Assembly (NCBI RefSeq): GCF_006345805.1 | Contig: NC_042997.1 | Coordinates: 153,202,001 to 153,266,000 of the forward strand | From: Octopus sinensis | Taxonomy: Eukaryota | Direction: 5' to 3' | DNA: 64,000 nucleotides | Shown here: in pieces, positions 13,630 to 26,922 of the stretch | How positions within the stretch are numbered: position 1 is the first letter of the stretch | How the letters are laid out: every line of letters starts with the position of its first letter | The notes under the pieces: generated by a model | The model's input: only the letters and a program-made list of their open reading frames with translations | The model's database searches: none | What the model was told of the DNA's origin: nothing | Made by a program: the position numbers and the translations under genes

Positions 13630-14960
13630 CACTATGTTTTATCATCGCCATTATTATTAATTGTAAAATGACATGACTCGTTAGATCGTTTTGAGTTCAA
13701 ACCCCGCCGAGGTATAGCCTGGAAGCAATTGTTGGCGACTAACGAACTTTCCCAATGGTAAACATCTTTTTGGTCTTGGTGTCCAGTCTCTTGATGCCAT
13801 TCATTTCTCCCGCTGATGACATGGAACCTGTAGGTTACTATGAGTATTGCTAGAGTTTTAATAGCATTAAATCTATTAGCTGCATTCAACTCACTTTTTA
13901 GTTCCATACACAGTTTTCTGTAGTACTCTTGCCAAATTTCCTTTTTCATGGCTGAGAGTTGTATGCTCGTCCTTCTTTCACTCCTAGGTATTTCTATTTA
14001 CACTCCTTTCTTGGAGTGTCTTAAGCATGATTATCCCTTTTGTACTCTTTTTCGTGTCACCCAAAATTTCGATGAATGTAGGCAAAGACATCTGCTGATT
14101 GTAAAATTAGCAAAAGCATTAAGATCGTCACTACAGAACACGTGATTCGGGTCGCTATTCAGTGAGTTGTACCCGACACGTAGGTAATGTAATGTTCAAC
14201 GGTTGGTTGCAAAGCAGAAGTGTAGTGATGATAGTGAGTTCCATTGGAACGTACTGCACATTATGCTGACCGGTCTGGTTGTCATCGATCCCAGTACTTG
14301 GTAAATATTTAGAGAAGTCTTCAAGTTTACATCATGCTTGTGATAATGAATTTTGATATCTAATGAGTATGAAAAGCATTCTTGTAATCGATTCCTGTTA
14401 TTGACAAGTTCTATTCTCTTTCAATTCTTAACACTCGGCTTTAATGAGGAGTAGCTAGTCTTGTATTTATAGTTTCTTATCTTACACCCATCTGTTTTTC
14501 TTTAGAACGCAATAAAGCTTATATGTAGGTAGGTGATGGCATGTCATTTGTCAGGTTCTGCATTTATGTTTGGGAAGGATTACACGTTTTTTTTAGGAGC
14601 AATTACATGGTTGTGTTTGGGAGCAATTACATTTTATATGTGAGCCATCCGGGGAATTTCACTAGATTCATGATGAATTTATTGTTGATCTATGAGCGGT
14701 TATCATGAATGATGGACAGCTTCTTGACCAAAAGTTGCAATTCCATCTTTTCCTGTGCCTCCTTATTTTCAGTCAGCAGTGGTCTTGGTCGTGTTTATAT
14801 TGGTCTTCTTGCTGGATCCATGTAGATCTGTTGTTCAATTCTATCTGTTGGTCTTCTCTCAGATCTCAAATCAAAATTTCTTGATAGTCATTGGTTCATT
14901 GCTCAGTATCTTCTTATCTAACTTCCGGTAAAATTTCTTGGTATACTCATTAAAAATCTT
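13630..14960 (-). pseudogene. R4/Dong-like non-LTR retrotransposon RT remnant
   Basis: Translated fragments FYRKLDK, KFPGWLT, PITYL, EKQMGVR, NLSITGIDYKNAF and KEIWQEYYRKLCMELKSELNAANRFNAIKTLAI occur in the order expected for an R4/Dong RT. Confidence 0.7.
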
Positions 14961-15499
14961 GTTTCACCTTGTGGGTGTGTGTGTGTGAGTATGTGTGTGT
15001 GTGTGTGTGAGTGTGTGTGTGTGTGTATGTGCCTCCTTCTCTACGATATTCGAATTGCGTCGTCCTGTGCGGTTTCATACAGCCCAATGAGACGATGTAT
15101 GACACATCATATCAACTTCAGTTCAAATTCGCCGTATATGCCTTTTATGCTTCCGAGGTTGATAAAACGAAGAGCCAGTCAATTACTGCGATCAATATAA
15201 AATCCTTCTCCCAAGTTTTCGGCTTTAGTCTGTACTAAACATGATTATTTGCTGAAGGGTAAGTCAAAGTATTTTTGTCCGTTCCCAGCAATTGATATAT
15301 TTTTTCTTGAAATTGCTTATTTAAAGAATTTTCTGCTTTGTATCAGAACTGACCAAAGATGCGATGCACTAAAAGCCTTATTCTTCTGGCCCCTATTTAG
15401 AATAAATTTCGCTTTACAATTTTTGAAATATACTCTTTTGAAAGAAGCAATGCATTATTATGACTAATATTAATTTTATTATTAGTGCAAATGAAAGCA

Positions 15500-15612
15500 G
15501 CAAGCTGGCAGAATCATTTGCACGCGAGACAAAATGCTTGGTGCTGGGGTCGATGCAATCGACTACCTCCCTTCCCCATAATTTTAGGCCCTGTGCCTAA
15601 AAGGGATTAATA
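15500..15612 (+). mobile_element. SINE S2, internally deleted copy
   Basis: The head GCAAGCTGGCAGAATC...AAATGCTT joins directly to CTGGGGTCGATGCAATCGAC and the tail. Confidence 0.65.
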
Positions 15613-15853
15613 GTCCAAACCGAATGACAGAATCCATAAAATTGACCTTGGCCTTGGCGCGATTATTAAAATATGTACTTATAAAGTAATCTATCTTTTC
15701 TTTCTATTTTATTTTCTCTTGCAAAGTCTGTCTCGGTGAAAATGGAAGTTAGAACATAAGAAGACAAGGCATTTTGTCTTCTATTTTAGGTTTATATTTT
15801 ACCCCATTTGCAATTAGTAATACTTCTTTCTTTATTATTACTAATAAGTCCAA

Positions 15854-16075
15854 GGCGGCGAGCTGGCAGAATCGTTAGCGCGCTGGACGAAATGCTTAGC
15901 AATATTTCGCCCGTCGCTACATTCCGAGTTCAAATTCCGTCGAGATCGACTTTACCTTTCATCCTTTTCAGGTCGATAAAATAAATACCAGTTGAACACT
16001 GGGGTCGATGTAATCAGCACATCCCCTCCACCAGAATGGCTGCCCTTGGAGAAAAATTTGAAACTGTTATTACTG
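15854..16075 (+). mobile_element. tRNA-derived SINE S2, near full length
   Basis: Has a GGCGGCGAGCTGGCAGAATCG A-box region, a GAGTTCAAATTCC B-box, the core and an A/T-rich tail. Confidence 0.9.
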
Positions 16076-16980
16076 ACAGGTCCCAACACTTCATAGAATA
16101 TCGTTTATTATAAAGCGCATTTACAAAGCGTGTTTGAATATCCAACTGTAGTTATATAAAAACATGGGAAAGGGCTAGTAATTATTTCTAACACAGCAAC
16201 AAGACCTCAAATTTATGGGGCTGGAGATAACCGATTAAACTGACTCCGTTACTTATCCCTCACTTTTTTTCAGCGACGTCTTATTTTATCAGAGGCTCCA
16301 TAAATTCTACTACTAAACCGAGCTTTGATGACGCTATAATATTATCATTACTATTCTTTCACACAACATATATAAATCCTCAATTTTCATGTTACATAGG
16401 TCTTTCTTGAGAAATCAAAAGTCCACTGGAAAATATTTCGCGACGGTAGTAGATTAATTTGACTGGTAAATGCATTTTCAAGTGTTAAAATGTTCATTCA
16501 CACAACTGGGATATAGGACATCTAAAACTTGTAAGAGAAAACTACACAAGACAGGTTTGTAATGGAAAATAATGGAAAAGTAATCCTTGGTGATACTCTC
16601 TACATTTGATTTATATTGTCTTACGTAGATAGCGTTTATTCCGTCTCTTTGAATGAGGGAAATGGAGAATTTCAGTGTGGGCCATAAATTCGTTAGAAAC
16701 GTAATGTAAGAAGTACAATCTTTTCTTTTACACTCTCCTTCTTACATCCGCCCTCCCTCTCTCTCTAAGTCTTCGGTTTCCCTCTAGCATTCTTTCTCTC
16801 ACTCTATTTCCTATCTCTCCCATACTTTCTCTCTCTCTCACGTTCTCTCCCCGCCACACCCATACACATAAGCATATACACATTTTCTAAAGATTAACAT
16901 ATAGAAAATATATCTACTTTAATAAATGTATAAATGCGGACACTCAAACAAGTGCGTTAACATAACTGGCCAATGGAGAC

Positions 16981-17049
<69 letters not shown>

Positions 17050-17247
17050 TAATGAGAGTAATCAACGTAGCAAATTGCAGTAATATCATAAATCATTTGA
17101 GAGCTAGAATTGTATCTCTAAAAGCCTACACGCCTACACCCGGCCATTGATATCAGCAACATCGTCACTGCAGCTAGCTTTAAGCTTAATCTGCTTAAGT
17201 ACCGCCCATTGATACGCGCACGCGCGTGTGTATGTTTATACATATAC

Positions 17248-17382
<135 letters not shown>

Positions 17383-17386
17383 CTTT

Positions 17387-17589
17387 TTGCCTTTTACTTG
17401 TTTCAGTTACTAGACTGTGACCATGCTGGTGCACCTCCATGAAGCATCTTTTGGTCGAATGAACTGAATTCAGTACTAATTTTTAAAAAAGTTTTGCATT
17501 TATTTTATCGAATAATTAAGGGTTTTAAAGGGGCGTAAGACACCAGCTTCACTTGTCAAATGGTACTGAGGAACAAACACAGACACCAA

Positions 17590-17660
<71 letters not shown>
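17387..17660 (-). mobile_element. SINE S1 tail and middle; the head piece resumes at 18912-18948
   Basis: Contains TTTACTTGTTTCAGT...CATGCTGGTGCACC and GGGGCGTAAGACACCAGC...ACAAACACAGACAC, collinear with 35652-36010. Confidence 0.65.
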
Positions 17661-17676
<16 letters not shown>

Positions 17677-17700
17677 GATGGATGGATGGATGGATAGATG

Positions 17701-17754
<54 letters not shown>

Positions 17755-17871
17755 TAGATAGACAGACAGACAGACAGATATGTATATGTGGTGATTATCT
17801 ACTCTTTATGTAGAGTTTGACCACCTCCTGTACCTAAACCTTAGCACCATCATGGTATCTGAAGTGGCTCT

Positions 17872-18560
17872 TTAAACCAATGTTCTTAAAAGACACCCAC
17901 ATAGATGATTGCATATCCAATTTGGACCACCAAGAGCTGCAGATAAGGTCTGATGTTTGTGGATCTTAAAATGTCTTTTGCGGCCTCCGTTGGATTTGCA
18001 AACCTTCTGGCATACATTACATTCAAAGGTGTCCACAGACATGTAGGCAGAATACTTGGTGGAGGTTCGTTTTCCTTGGGTTTGCAAATGAGATTTGAGC
18101 CCAGCAAAAGAAAGGTATGGTCTGTCGCAAACTGTACACACGAAAAGGTCATTGTCATTCGCCTTCTCGGTCGTAACATTCTTCCTCAGATCTCTTTTGA
18201 GTCTTGCGTTATCCTGGCCTCTTCAAATGCTTTCACCCCACCCCACACTTTTGATCGCCATCCAACTCGATCCGAAGCAAGGGTTTCTATGTCTTCTGGA
18301 TCCATTCCAAGTAGTTTCATAATAGACCTTATGCTGTCCTTAAACCTTTTTTTTAGGTTAAGCCGATAGCGTTTCTCCTCTGCAAGCTCACCATAAGATA
18401 GCTGTTTCGGCACGAGTTCATCTGCCATTCAAACAATATGGCCACACCATCTCATTTGGTTCCTCAAAATCATAGCTTTAATGGAGATGGTGCCTGCAGA
18501 TGCAAGGGCCTCTATGCTTGGAGTAAAAGAACCCCATTTAATGTTTAAAATATTGATAAA
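17872..18560 (-). pseudogene. 3' end of an RTE-clade (BovB-like) LINE ORF with two C2H2 fingers
   Basis: RWCGHIV..DELVPKQLSYGEL...KKRFKDSIR...IETLASDRVGWRSKV is followed by CTVCDRPYLSFAGLKSH and CNVCQKVCKSNGGRKRHFKIH. Confidence 0.8.
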
Positions 18561-18665
18561 GGCATTTTCGGTGGAATTGTTCTAACAATTTAAAATACCT
18601 TTCATAGCAAGTTCATGTTTCACAAAAATACAACAGAGATACAGTAATATAATATATAATACATA

Positions 18666-18896
18666 CAGTGTGGTCCAAAATTATGTTTACAGTTATCACG
18701 TAGGCACTTTAAATTTCTTTTAAAACATTTTATTACATTTAAATTTCTATCTTACAAACTGAAAAGAGAGCTTGAGAAAATTGCCTAAATTAACACAGTA
18801 TAATGGTTCATTTTTTTAAATAATTAAATCTAAACTGTTAATATTTGAATGCGAAAGAGATAGTTGAATAACTGTAAACCTATTTTTGGGCCACTG
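18666..18896. mobile_element. Tc1/mariner-type MITE (231 bp)
   Basis: TIRs CAGTGTGGTCCAAAATTATGTTTACAGTTA / TAACTGTAAACCTATTTTTGGGCCACTG, with TA on the left flank. Confidence 0.8.
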
Positions 18897-18987
18897 ATCC
18901 GCACATAATACCTTGGTCGGCCCGAGGCAATGATAAAAGACACTTGCCTATATATATATATCGTTTTTAGAAAACATAATTCAGCTA

Positions 18988-19027
<40 letters not shown>

Positions 19028-19454
19028 GTGTGTGAAACGATGTCTACTTACATACGCTTATACATACATATTATGTGTGTATATATATAAATACATATAT
19101 CTGCACACGCTCACATGTTTGCAGGAATGGATGCCATTTCATTTATAGATATTGTTCGTAAAAGTATCTTGGATATCATATATATTTTGACAGTGCCTTT
19201 GATAGCGTGTACCTGTAATCTTTTGATTAGGCGTGTTCTTTCCTGTTCTGCGAAATCCACCGCCCAAGGATTAGTACTGTGGCAGGTAGACACGCAACCA
19301 AGTGCTTCAATATCTATTAGTAGATAAATTTAACCAAATTCCAGATGGTATGACTTCAGATTTCTCTTGAGTTTGGCATAGATGTTTTCTTTTTCATTCA
19401 CATTAGTCTTTGTATACATACATATGTAAAATTTTATTCTATAGTTTTGAGATG

Positions 19455-20012
19455 AGGAAATATGTGCATTATTTACAATAGACGGATAGGTGTCCTCAAC
19501 TAGTTTTTGGTTACCACATTTTTCGGCTGATGTTCTCTCCAGCCTTCATCAAGTTTTCTTGTGGAATTTCGAAAACCCTTTATTTTACTAATTGGGTACT
19601 CTGTTCTCATTCATAACTTATTCTTTTCCTTTTTTTTTGTTGATGAAGTTACTTTTTATTGGTATTATTTCCAAAGACCCTGCTTAGCATTGGACTCAGA
19701 ATCCGAGGGTTAGTAGCCTGCGCACTAATTAAAATAATAGACAAAGAACACCAGATCTAGCGCAGATATGAATGTAATATGGGAATCGGTATTAAGAAAA
19801 GATACAATATTAGGTTTATAAGCTAAAAAATTCACTCTATAAATGCCTACGGCCTTGTAGAGCAGTGGAGAAGAGTACCCCATTAGTCAAATAAAGGATT
19901 GAGTCCGAAATTCCACCAGAAGGCTGGAGAGTACATCAACCGAAATGTTGTGGTAACAAGAAACAAGGTGAGGACACCGATCCGCCCATTGTAAATAATG
20001 TATATATTTATA
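19455..20012. repeat. Two inverted ~95-bp copies of a short hammerhead-like repeat
   Basis: 19455-19555 (minus) matches 19915-20012 (plus): GAAGGCTGGAGAG..CATCAGCCGAAA..GTGGTAAC..GAGGACACC..TTGTAAATAATG. Confidence 0.7.
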
Positions 20013-20106
20013 CTTGTCTTTCTATATCAACAAAAAATATGAAATCAGTTCTTTGATAAGAAATTGTTTAGTTTTATTCCTTCCTGGAACAAAGCTACAC
20101 AGTATG

Positions 20107-20289
20107 TTATCTTGGCCTAATTCTCTTCCTAATCAGCTGTGCTATGACTCTTTCAGTAACTTTTATAGCCTGCTCCATCAACTTGATGCTTCTGTAGTTT
20201 CCAGCCTTTCGATCATCTCTGCCCTTGCTGCTGGTGACCAGCGGGTAACCTACTACACCAAAGAGTCTAATCATTTCAGCGATCATCAC
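20107..20289 (-). pseudogene. RTE-type RT fragment
   Basis: Translates as KG...GNYRSIKLMEQAIKVTERVI, the RT domain 1-2 motif of RTE elements. Confidence 0.7.
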
Positions 20290-20379
20290 TGCTGAACCAA
20301 CAAATTGAATAGCTAATCCTTCTACTGTGCCTGTTTGGGTCTCTTTGTTGTGTCTATTTTATATATATATAAAAGAAAA

Positions 20380-20990
20380 CAAGGCAAGGTAGAAGATGCT
20401 AAAACAATCTTATCATAAAGAACATTTCAGTAACAGATTCAGATTCAGTTTTTGCGACTTTTTTCAATTTAGAGTAAGGCATGAAAAACAATTAAATTGT
20501 GGAAAAATTAAATTCCAATCACTACTATTACAACCACAACAAGTCACTTTTAGGTCACTTGACTATTTAAGAGGATTCCACTAACATATATTGTCATGCC
20601 AACCCCGTATTTTTATTATTCTTTCTCTTTTTTTCTACTCTCTTCTTCTTCTTTTCTTCTTCTTCTTCTTCTTCTTGCTGCTTAAGCAATCAAAACCAAG
20701 AACTCATATCAAATATTATTTTAGAACTGCTACTACCTGCTACGAAGCCTTCACAAGAGTAAAAAAAAAGACAGACAGAAACAAAGAAAACGTCCCTTAC
20801 ATTTGAAAACTATGGAAATATAATTTTTAAAACATTTCATTTAATTTTTCCACAATTTGTTTTCCATACTTTACACTAAGTTGAAAAGGTCACAAAGACT
20901 GAAACCGGTGCAAAAATGTTCTTCGTGATAAAATTATTTTAGCATTTTTTACCTTGTCTTATTTTACTTATACATATCAACTTGTGTGTT
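20380..20990 (+). mobile_element. Old 3' remnant of the Neptune-like Penelope family, with a hammerhead
   Basis: TTGAAAAGGTCACAAAGACTGAAACCGGTG..AAATGTTC..TAAAATTATTTTAGCATTTTT matches the 3' end at 54150-54240. It is preceded by a (CTT)n tract and a degenerate GIY-YIG C-terminus. Confidence 0.65.
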
Positions 20991-21033
20991 CCTTTTCAAC
21001 CTTCTACACACACACACATTCATATTTATATAT

Positions 21034-21081
<48 letters not shown>

Positions 21082-21089
21082 CACCATAT

Positions 21090-21275
21090 TTACGTTCTAA
21101 GATCAAATTCCACCGAAAGCAACTTTGTCTTTCAGCCCTTCAGGCTCGATAAAACATGTACCAGCTGAGTACTGCGGTCGATGTAATTAGATAGCAACTT
21201 ACTCCAAAATTTCAGGCTTTGTATCTACAGCAGGAAAGATTATTATTATTATTAGTAGTAGTAGTAGTAGTAGTA

Positions 21276-21314
<39 letters not shown>

Positions 21315-21330
21315 AGTAGTAGTAGTAGTA
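21090..21330 (+). mobile_element. SINE S2 3' fragment with (TTA)/(GTA)n tail
   Basis: GATCAAATTCCACCGA..CTTTGTCTTTCA..TCGATAAAA..TACCAG..GGTCGATGTAAT, followed by the tail. Confidence 0.65.
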
Positions 21331-21981
21331 GTTGGCTCTTATGAAACCGACTTCAAATATGGGAAAGTTTTCTGTATGTAGATGCAATTATAGCCAATTC
21401 TTGGCTGTTCGTCTAACACTTAAATTGGGGGGACGTCATGCAGGCCACACATTTTTACTTTTCATCGAATACTCTTCCGGAAATAATTGCAACTCATCGT
21501 ATATTAAGAAGTTCTTGACAAAGAGGTTCTTTTGAAGAAGAGGTCCTTAACAAAGGTCATCTTTTGACAAGAAATCAACAACACATTTGACCACTCCTAA
21601 AAATATTCCATTCTTTTATTCCTGATAGACTAATCTCTTCTCACTACCATTTTCAACTATTCTTTATCTTCATACCTTCCACCTTTTTCTTTTTCTTTTT
21701 TCTCCTTTTCTTCTTTCTTCACACGTGCTGTTGTATTTACTTTCTGTATCCTTTTAATATCTTTATATTATTTTTATATTAGTTTTTTATACTCTTTTTC
21801 TGTCTTTTATTATCTATTTTTATTTTTTATTTGTACACTTGTAAGAAAGAATTCTTTTATATAAATAACCTTCTAAACTACAGAATTTCAGTTTGAAGAC
21901 GGCTATCGAAAATCAAAATTATCCCCACAAAAGTCTTACAGGGTAAAATTCAATTTAGAAATACTAAATCAAATTTCACAA

Positions 21982-22045
<64 letters not shown>

Positions 22046-22119
22046 TGGAAAAAAAACACCTTTTATCAATTCAAAATGAACAATTAAGTTACACCATCTA
22101 GAAAATTTTCTAATTTATA

Positions 22120-22122
22120 TAT

Positions 22123-22156
<34 letters not shown>

Positions 22157-23030
22157 GATAGATAGATAGATATTATAAAATCTTTTCTGTCTGTGTGTGT
22201 GTCTTCTATGGATCTCGGGCATCGTCCATCCGATTGCACTCAAATTTGATATGTAGATACAGACGGCATCAGGGCGTGTATGTCTTGAAAGAATTACAAA
22301 AATCGATTCCAGCTGAGAATGTGATCGATAAAGCTGTGGGAACGTGGATGTGTACGGGCTAGTACATCAGCTGTTGCAATCGATACTGCGCGTACGCGAG
22401 AAAAATGCACGTGCAGTTTGCGCAAAAAAGACTTCAGGCTTGAAATAATGCCACAAAATGCAGTATATTAAGAGACCAAAAAAGTAAGATGCAAAAGAGA
22501 TGTTTTCTTCAAACTTGGCATGAAGGAAGGAAAGACTATTTGGTCTCTGAAGAAGTTTTTTTGTTTTAACTTGATTATTTTCATGAAAATCAAACACTGA
22601 TTGCTTTTTATTCAGAGCAGATATGATTCAGCACCGTCCATTGGATGGGGGCGTTTTGCTCGTATATATATGTGTACATATATAGAGAGAGATAGATAGA
22701 TAGATAGATAGATAAAGAGATAGATAGATAAAGAGATAGATAGATAAAGAGATAGATAGATATGTATGTACTTATGTATGCGTGTATCTATTTTCATTTA
22801 TTGTGTTCTACATATCTTTGCTCTACCAAACCTACATATGTATATATACACACATACATATGTTCACACACGCACAAATATATAGATAGACAGATAAATA
22901 GATAAATATAACATTACCAAAGAATCCTTAATCATACAGCCAAAGGTTTTGCAATTCAAAAAATACTTGATGCGTGTGAAGGCAAAATTTGGAATATATA
23001 ATACAATATACTGTAGATACAATATAATAT

Positions 23031-23064
<34 letters not shown>

Positions 23065-23940
23065 GATAGATAGATAGATATTATAAAATCTTTTCTGTCT
23101 GTGTGTGTGTCTTCTATGGATCTCGGGCATCGTCCATCCGATTGCACTCAAATTTGATATGTAGATACAGACGGCATCAGGGCGTGTATGTCTTGAAAGA
23201 ATTACAAAAATCGATTCCAGCTGAGAATGTGATCGATAAAGCTGTGGGAACGTGGATGTGTACGGGCTAGTACATCAGCTGTTGCAATCGATACTGCGCG
23301 TACGCGAGAAAAATGCACGTGCAGTTTGCGCAAAAAAGACTTCAGGCTTGAAATAATGCCACAAAATGCAGTATATTTAAGAGACCAAAAAAGTAAGATG
23401 CAAAAGAGATGTTTTCTTCAAACTTGGCATGAAGGAAGGAAAGACTATTTGGTCTCTGAAGAAGTTTTTTTTGTTTTAACTTGATTATTTTCATGAAAAT
23501 CAAACACTGATTGCTTTTTATTCAGAGCAGATATGATTCAGCACCGTCCATTGGATGGGGGCGTTTTGCTCGTATATATATGTGTACATATATAGAGAGA
23601 GATAGATAGATAGATAGATAGATAAAGAGATAGATAGATAAAGAGATAGATAGATAAAGAGATAGATAGATATGTATGTACTTATGTATGCGTGTATCTA
23701 TTTTCATTTATTGTGTTCTACATATCTTTGCTCTACCAAACCTACATATGTATATATACACACATACATATGTTCACACACGCACAAATATATAGATAGA
23801 CAGATAAATAGATAAATATAACATTACCAAAGAATCCTTAATCATACAGCCAAAGGTTTTGCAATTCAAAAAATACTTGATGCGTGTGAAGGCAAAATTT
23901 GGAATATATAATACAATATACTGTAGATACAATATAATAT
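22120..23940 (+). repeat. Near-perfect tandem duplication, unit ~908-910 bp
   Basis: 22173 onward is repeated at 23081 onward. The only differences I saw are two single-T indels, and the junction lies in a TA/TAGA array. Confidence 0.95.
22173..22362 (+). mobile_element. Short Helitron-like element (duplicated at 23081-23270)
   Basis: Starts TTATAAAATC..TCTGTCTGTGTG like other Helitron 5' ends and ends TACGGGCTAG before a T. The 3' hairpin is degenerate. Confidence 0.5.
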
Positions 23941-24142
23941 AATATAATATAATACACTATATAATAACATAATGTAATATAATTTATCTAATATTACATA
24001 GTTATTTCTTCATGTACATAGAGGATTTGTTGGTGGGTATATATGCGTTATATAAGGATGTATACACATATAGTTATACACACTCGCACTCACGCACGCA
24101 CACACACACACATATGATAGACGGAAGATTGAGTATACGCGA

Positions 24143-24183
<41 letters not shown>

Positions 24184-25024
24184 CATAGAGGATTTACACG
24201 TTCATTGAGTTTATAGTTAACAATGATATTTTAGGCTACTGATATCAACTTACATATAATGATTATCGTTACGTCTTGTGAATGCTCCTTAAAACCCATT
24301 TTCATTTTATATCTGCCTGATATACAATCATTCTCAAAGTACTATAAACATTGTAACATAAACACGTATGTTCTAAGGATGCAGTGGTTTCAACCGAATA
24401 TATTTAATGACCTTCAGGTTATGTGGAATCTGTGTAGCATCCATTTTTAATAACTTGCTTTTCACTTCGGTTTTAACATTTTGAGTTTTCATTTTTACTG
24501 CACTTTCTTTGCGCGCGCGCGTGTGTGTGTGTTTGAGTTTGCGAAGCTCAAACGTTATTGCATTTGTAGATTCTGAATAACTCCAACACTGTGATGGTTC
24601 ATTCATCTTAATAATGAAAATGTTTTGTTTTGGAATGGAACTGTGTGCTATAGAACTATGTGCCCCCATACAAACACACGCACACACAGTTTTTTTTTTT
24701 TCAATTAATTATTTTTTTCAACGGGGTGTTATTCTCTACTTTAAACTCCTTCTTCGCTGACATCCAGTAACGAAATACGAAATCACGAGTTTCCAACTGA
24801 TAATCTGTAGCCTTAACCACATTATCGTTGGAATTCCTTGATAGAAATTTGGGATATTGTCTCCTGTGATAATGACCAATTGCAGCTCATTAGACATTAC
24901 GTCATTGTATTGGATTTGAACTCAGAACGCACAATGGCAAAACAAATTTACACACACACACACAAATTTCCCCATAAACTCAAACACAAACAAACACGCA
25001 ATTATACATGTATACTTACATATA

Positions 25025-25148
25025 CGAGGGGTGTATGAAAAGTCTTGAGCCACAAAAAAAAAAAACATAGTACAGGACTTTTGAGGAAGATACAAGACTT
25101 CAAGGCTCAAAGGTCTTGAAGGTTCAAATCTTTTCATACATCCCACTT
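25025..25148. mobile_element. Tiny mariner-type MITE (~124 bp)
   Basis: TA|CGAGGGGTGTATGAAAAGT on the left and TCTTTTCATACATCCCACT|TA on the right. Confidence 0.65.
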
Positions 25149-26922
25149 ATATGTATTATACACACACAAACAGCGCGCGCATGGTTTCTGTATAGTCTCC
25201 TTGAATCAAATTTCAGCCAAAAGGAATTGGTGAATCACAAGCAATTGTAGAAGGTATGCTTCCACAGCGCTACATATTGGGGTGGATCTTTTAAATAAGT
25301 GATATCACACCCACATCTGTTCAAGATGCAATCGTATATTTCAATGATCAGACACCACAGTTGCAATATAAAATGCCGATATTCAGAGCGCTATACGGCA
25401 AGAACTTGGCATTATTATAGTATTCCTTAACATCTGTCAGGATTGATTTCATACATTTCCTTTAAGTTTGCATTCCAAGAACGTCTGTCTTTATTAGGAA
25501 ATTCCGATGTTGTTACAAGTTTTCTTGTTTTCATATCACTGAAACATATTAGTTCAACACATGCTGGTATACGAACACGTCTCAATACATTGATTTACTC
25601 GTAGACATTGTATTCTCGAAGAGCTGCAGCTGTCATATTTCTTTTAGCTTACCTAAGTACCATTGGATTATATTACAAAATAATTATTATTTCAAAACCA
25701 AGATTCCATTTGTCTGAATGTTTTCTGCTTAAGTTATATTTTTTCTCATTTGTCTTTGTCAAATTCAATCCCTGTATCATAAAAAAATACCATCAGAAGC
25801 TTTTAGCTATGTTTATTATAATAAAATAAGTTTAAAAAACAAATATTCGAATTCTGATGATGAAATAACAGTGCGATGAAAATAGTTAAAAGAAATAAAT
25901 GTAACTGAAAATGGAAAGAAATTCTGATTAAGATTTTCTATGAAATATTCTGAAAATAAATTTGTTTTTGTTTTTGTTTTTGGGGCTTTGGTGAAGAAGG
26001 AGGTTCTGTCAGCCATGATCTTATGAAATCGTATTACGTATATTTTTAGACATCTGTGGTCTCTATATAAATTACTTAAAATGTACATAGCTACTTACGT
26101 TATTAAATTTCGCCGCCATATTTCAAATTCTATGCAAAGCTTCTAGTGTTTCGGAAATTGTACCGAAGAAAACAGAATATACATTCTCGGCAGTAATGTT
26201 CCGTATTTCTTATAAATCATTCAAAGTATAAAGAAGACTATTATCTCTCTATTTGAGGAAAAGTGAGGTTGATAGCTATTTCTCTTGATATCTATCCACT
26301 GTCCCCGGTTATCATATGTTATTTGGGGGCTCCAAAGAACTCCTTGGACAAGTATTTTCCACTATAGTCTCTTCTTGACCAGTAGGATATTAGTGGAGTT
26401 TGTAAATACACATACTCACTCGCACGCACACACATACACACACATATACATTTATACATATACGCACATATATGTATACGCATATATAGATACATACATA
26501 TATACACATGTTTCTGCCCATATACATTTACTTCAGAAGTGCATATCTATACACTCAAACACGCATATGCATATATTGAGTAAATAAATAGATTCTATAT
26601 AAAGTCATCCAAGCTCGGGCCCTAGAAAGGTACGCCCTCTGCAAAAGTCAATCTCACAACTTCATTATATGTGAGCTGGTTCTCATGTTGAACAATTATC
26701 TCGAAAAAATATTAGAGACAAACTCCTTAATAATAAAATGTCAACAGGATAGATTCTTTTAAAAAATGCCAGACAAACCAACAACGCCTGGATACATCTC
26801 AGTAAACAAGAAATCTCTGCTTGAATAGCCAAAAACATGGCTTAAAAGACTACCCCACTTGGTGCAACTAAGAAATATTCTAGATCAATACTGTCCAAAA
26901 TAACACATTTATATAAATGTAA

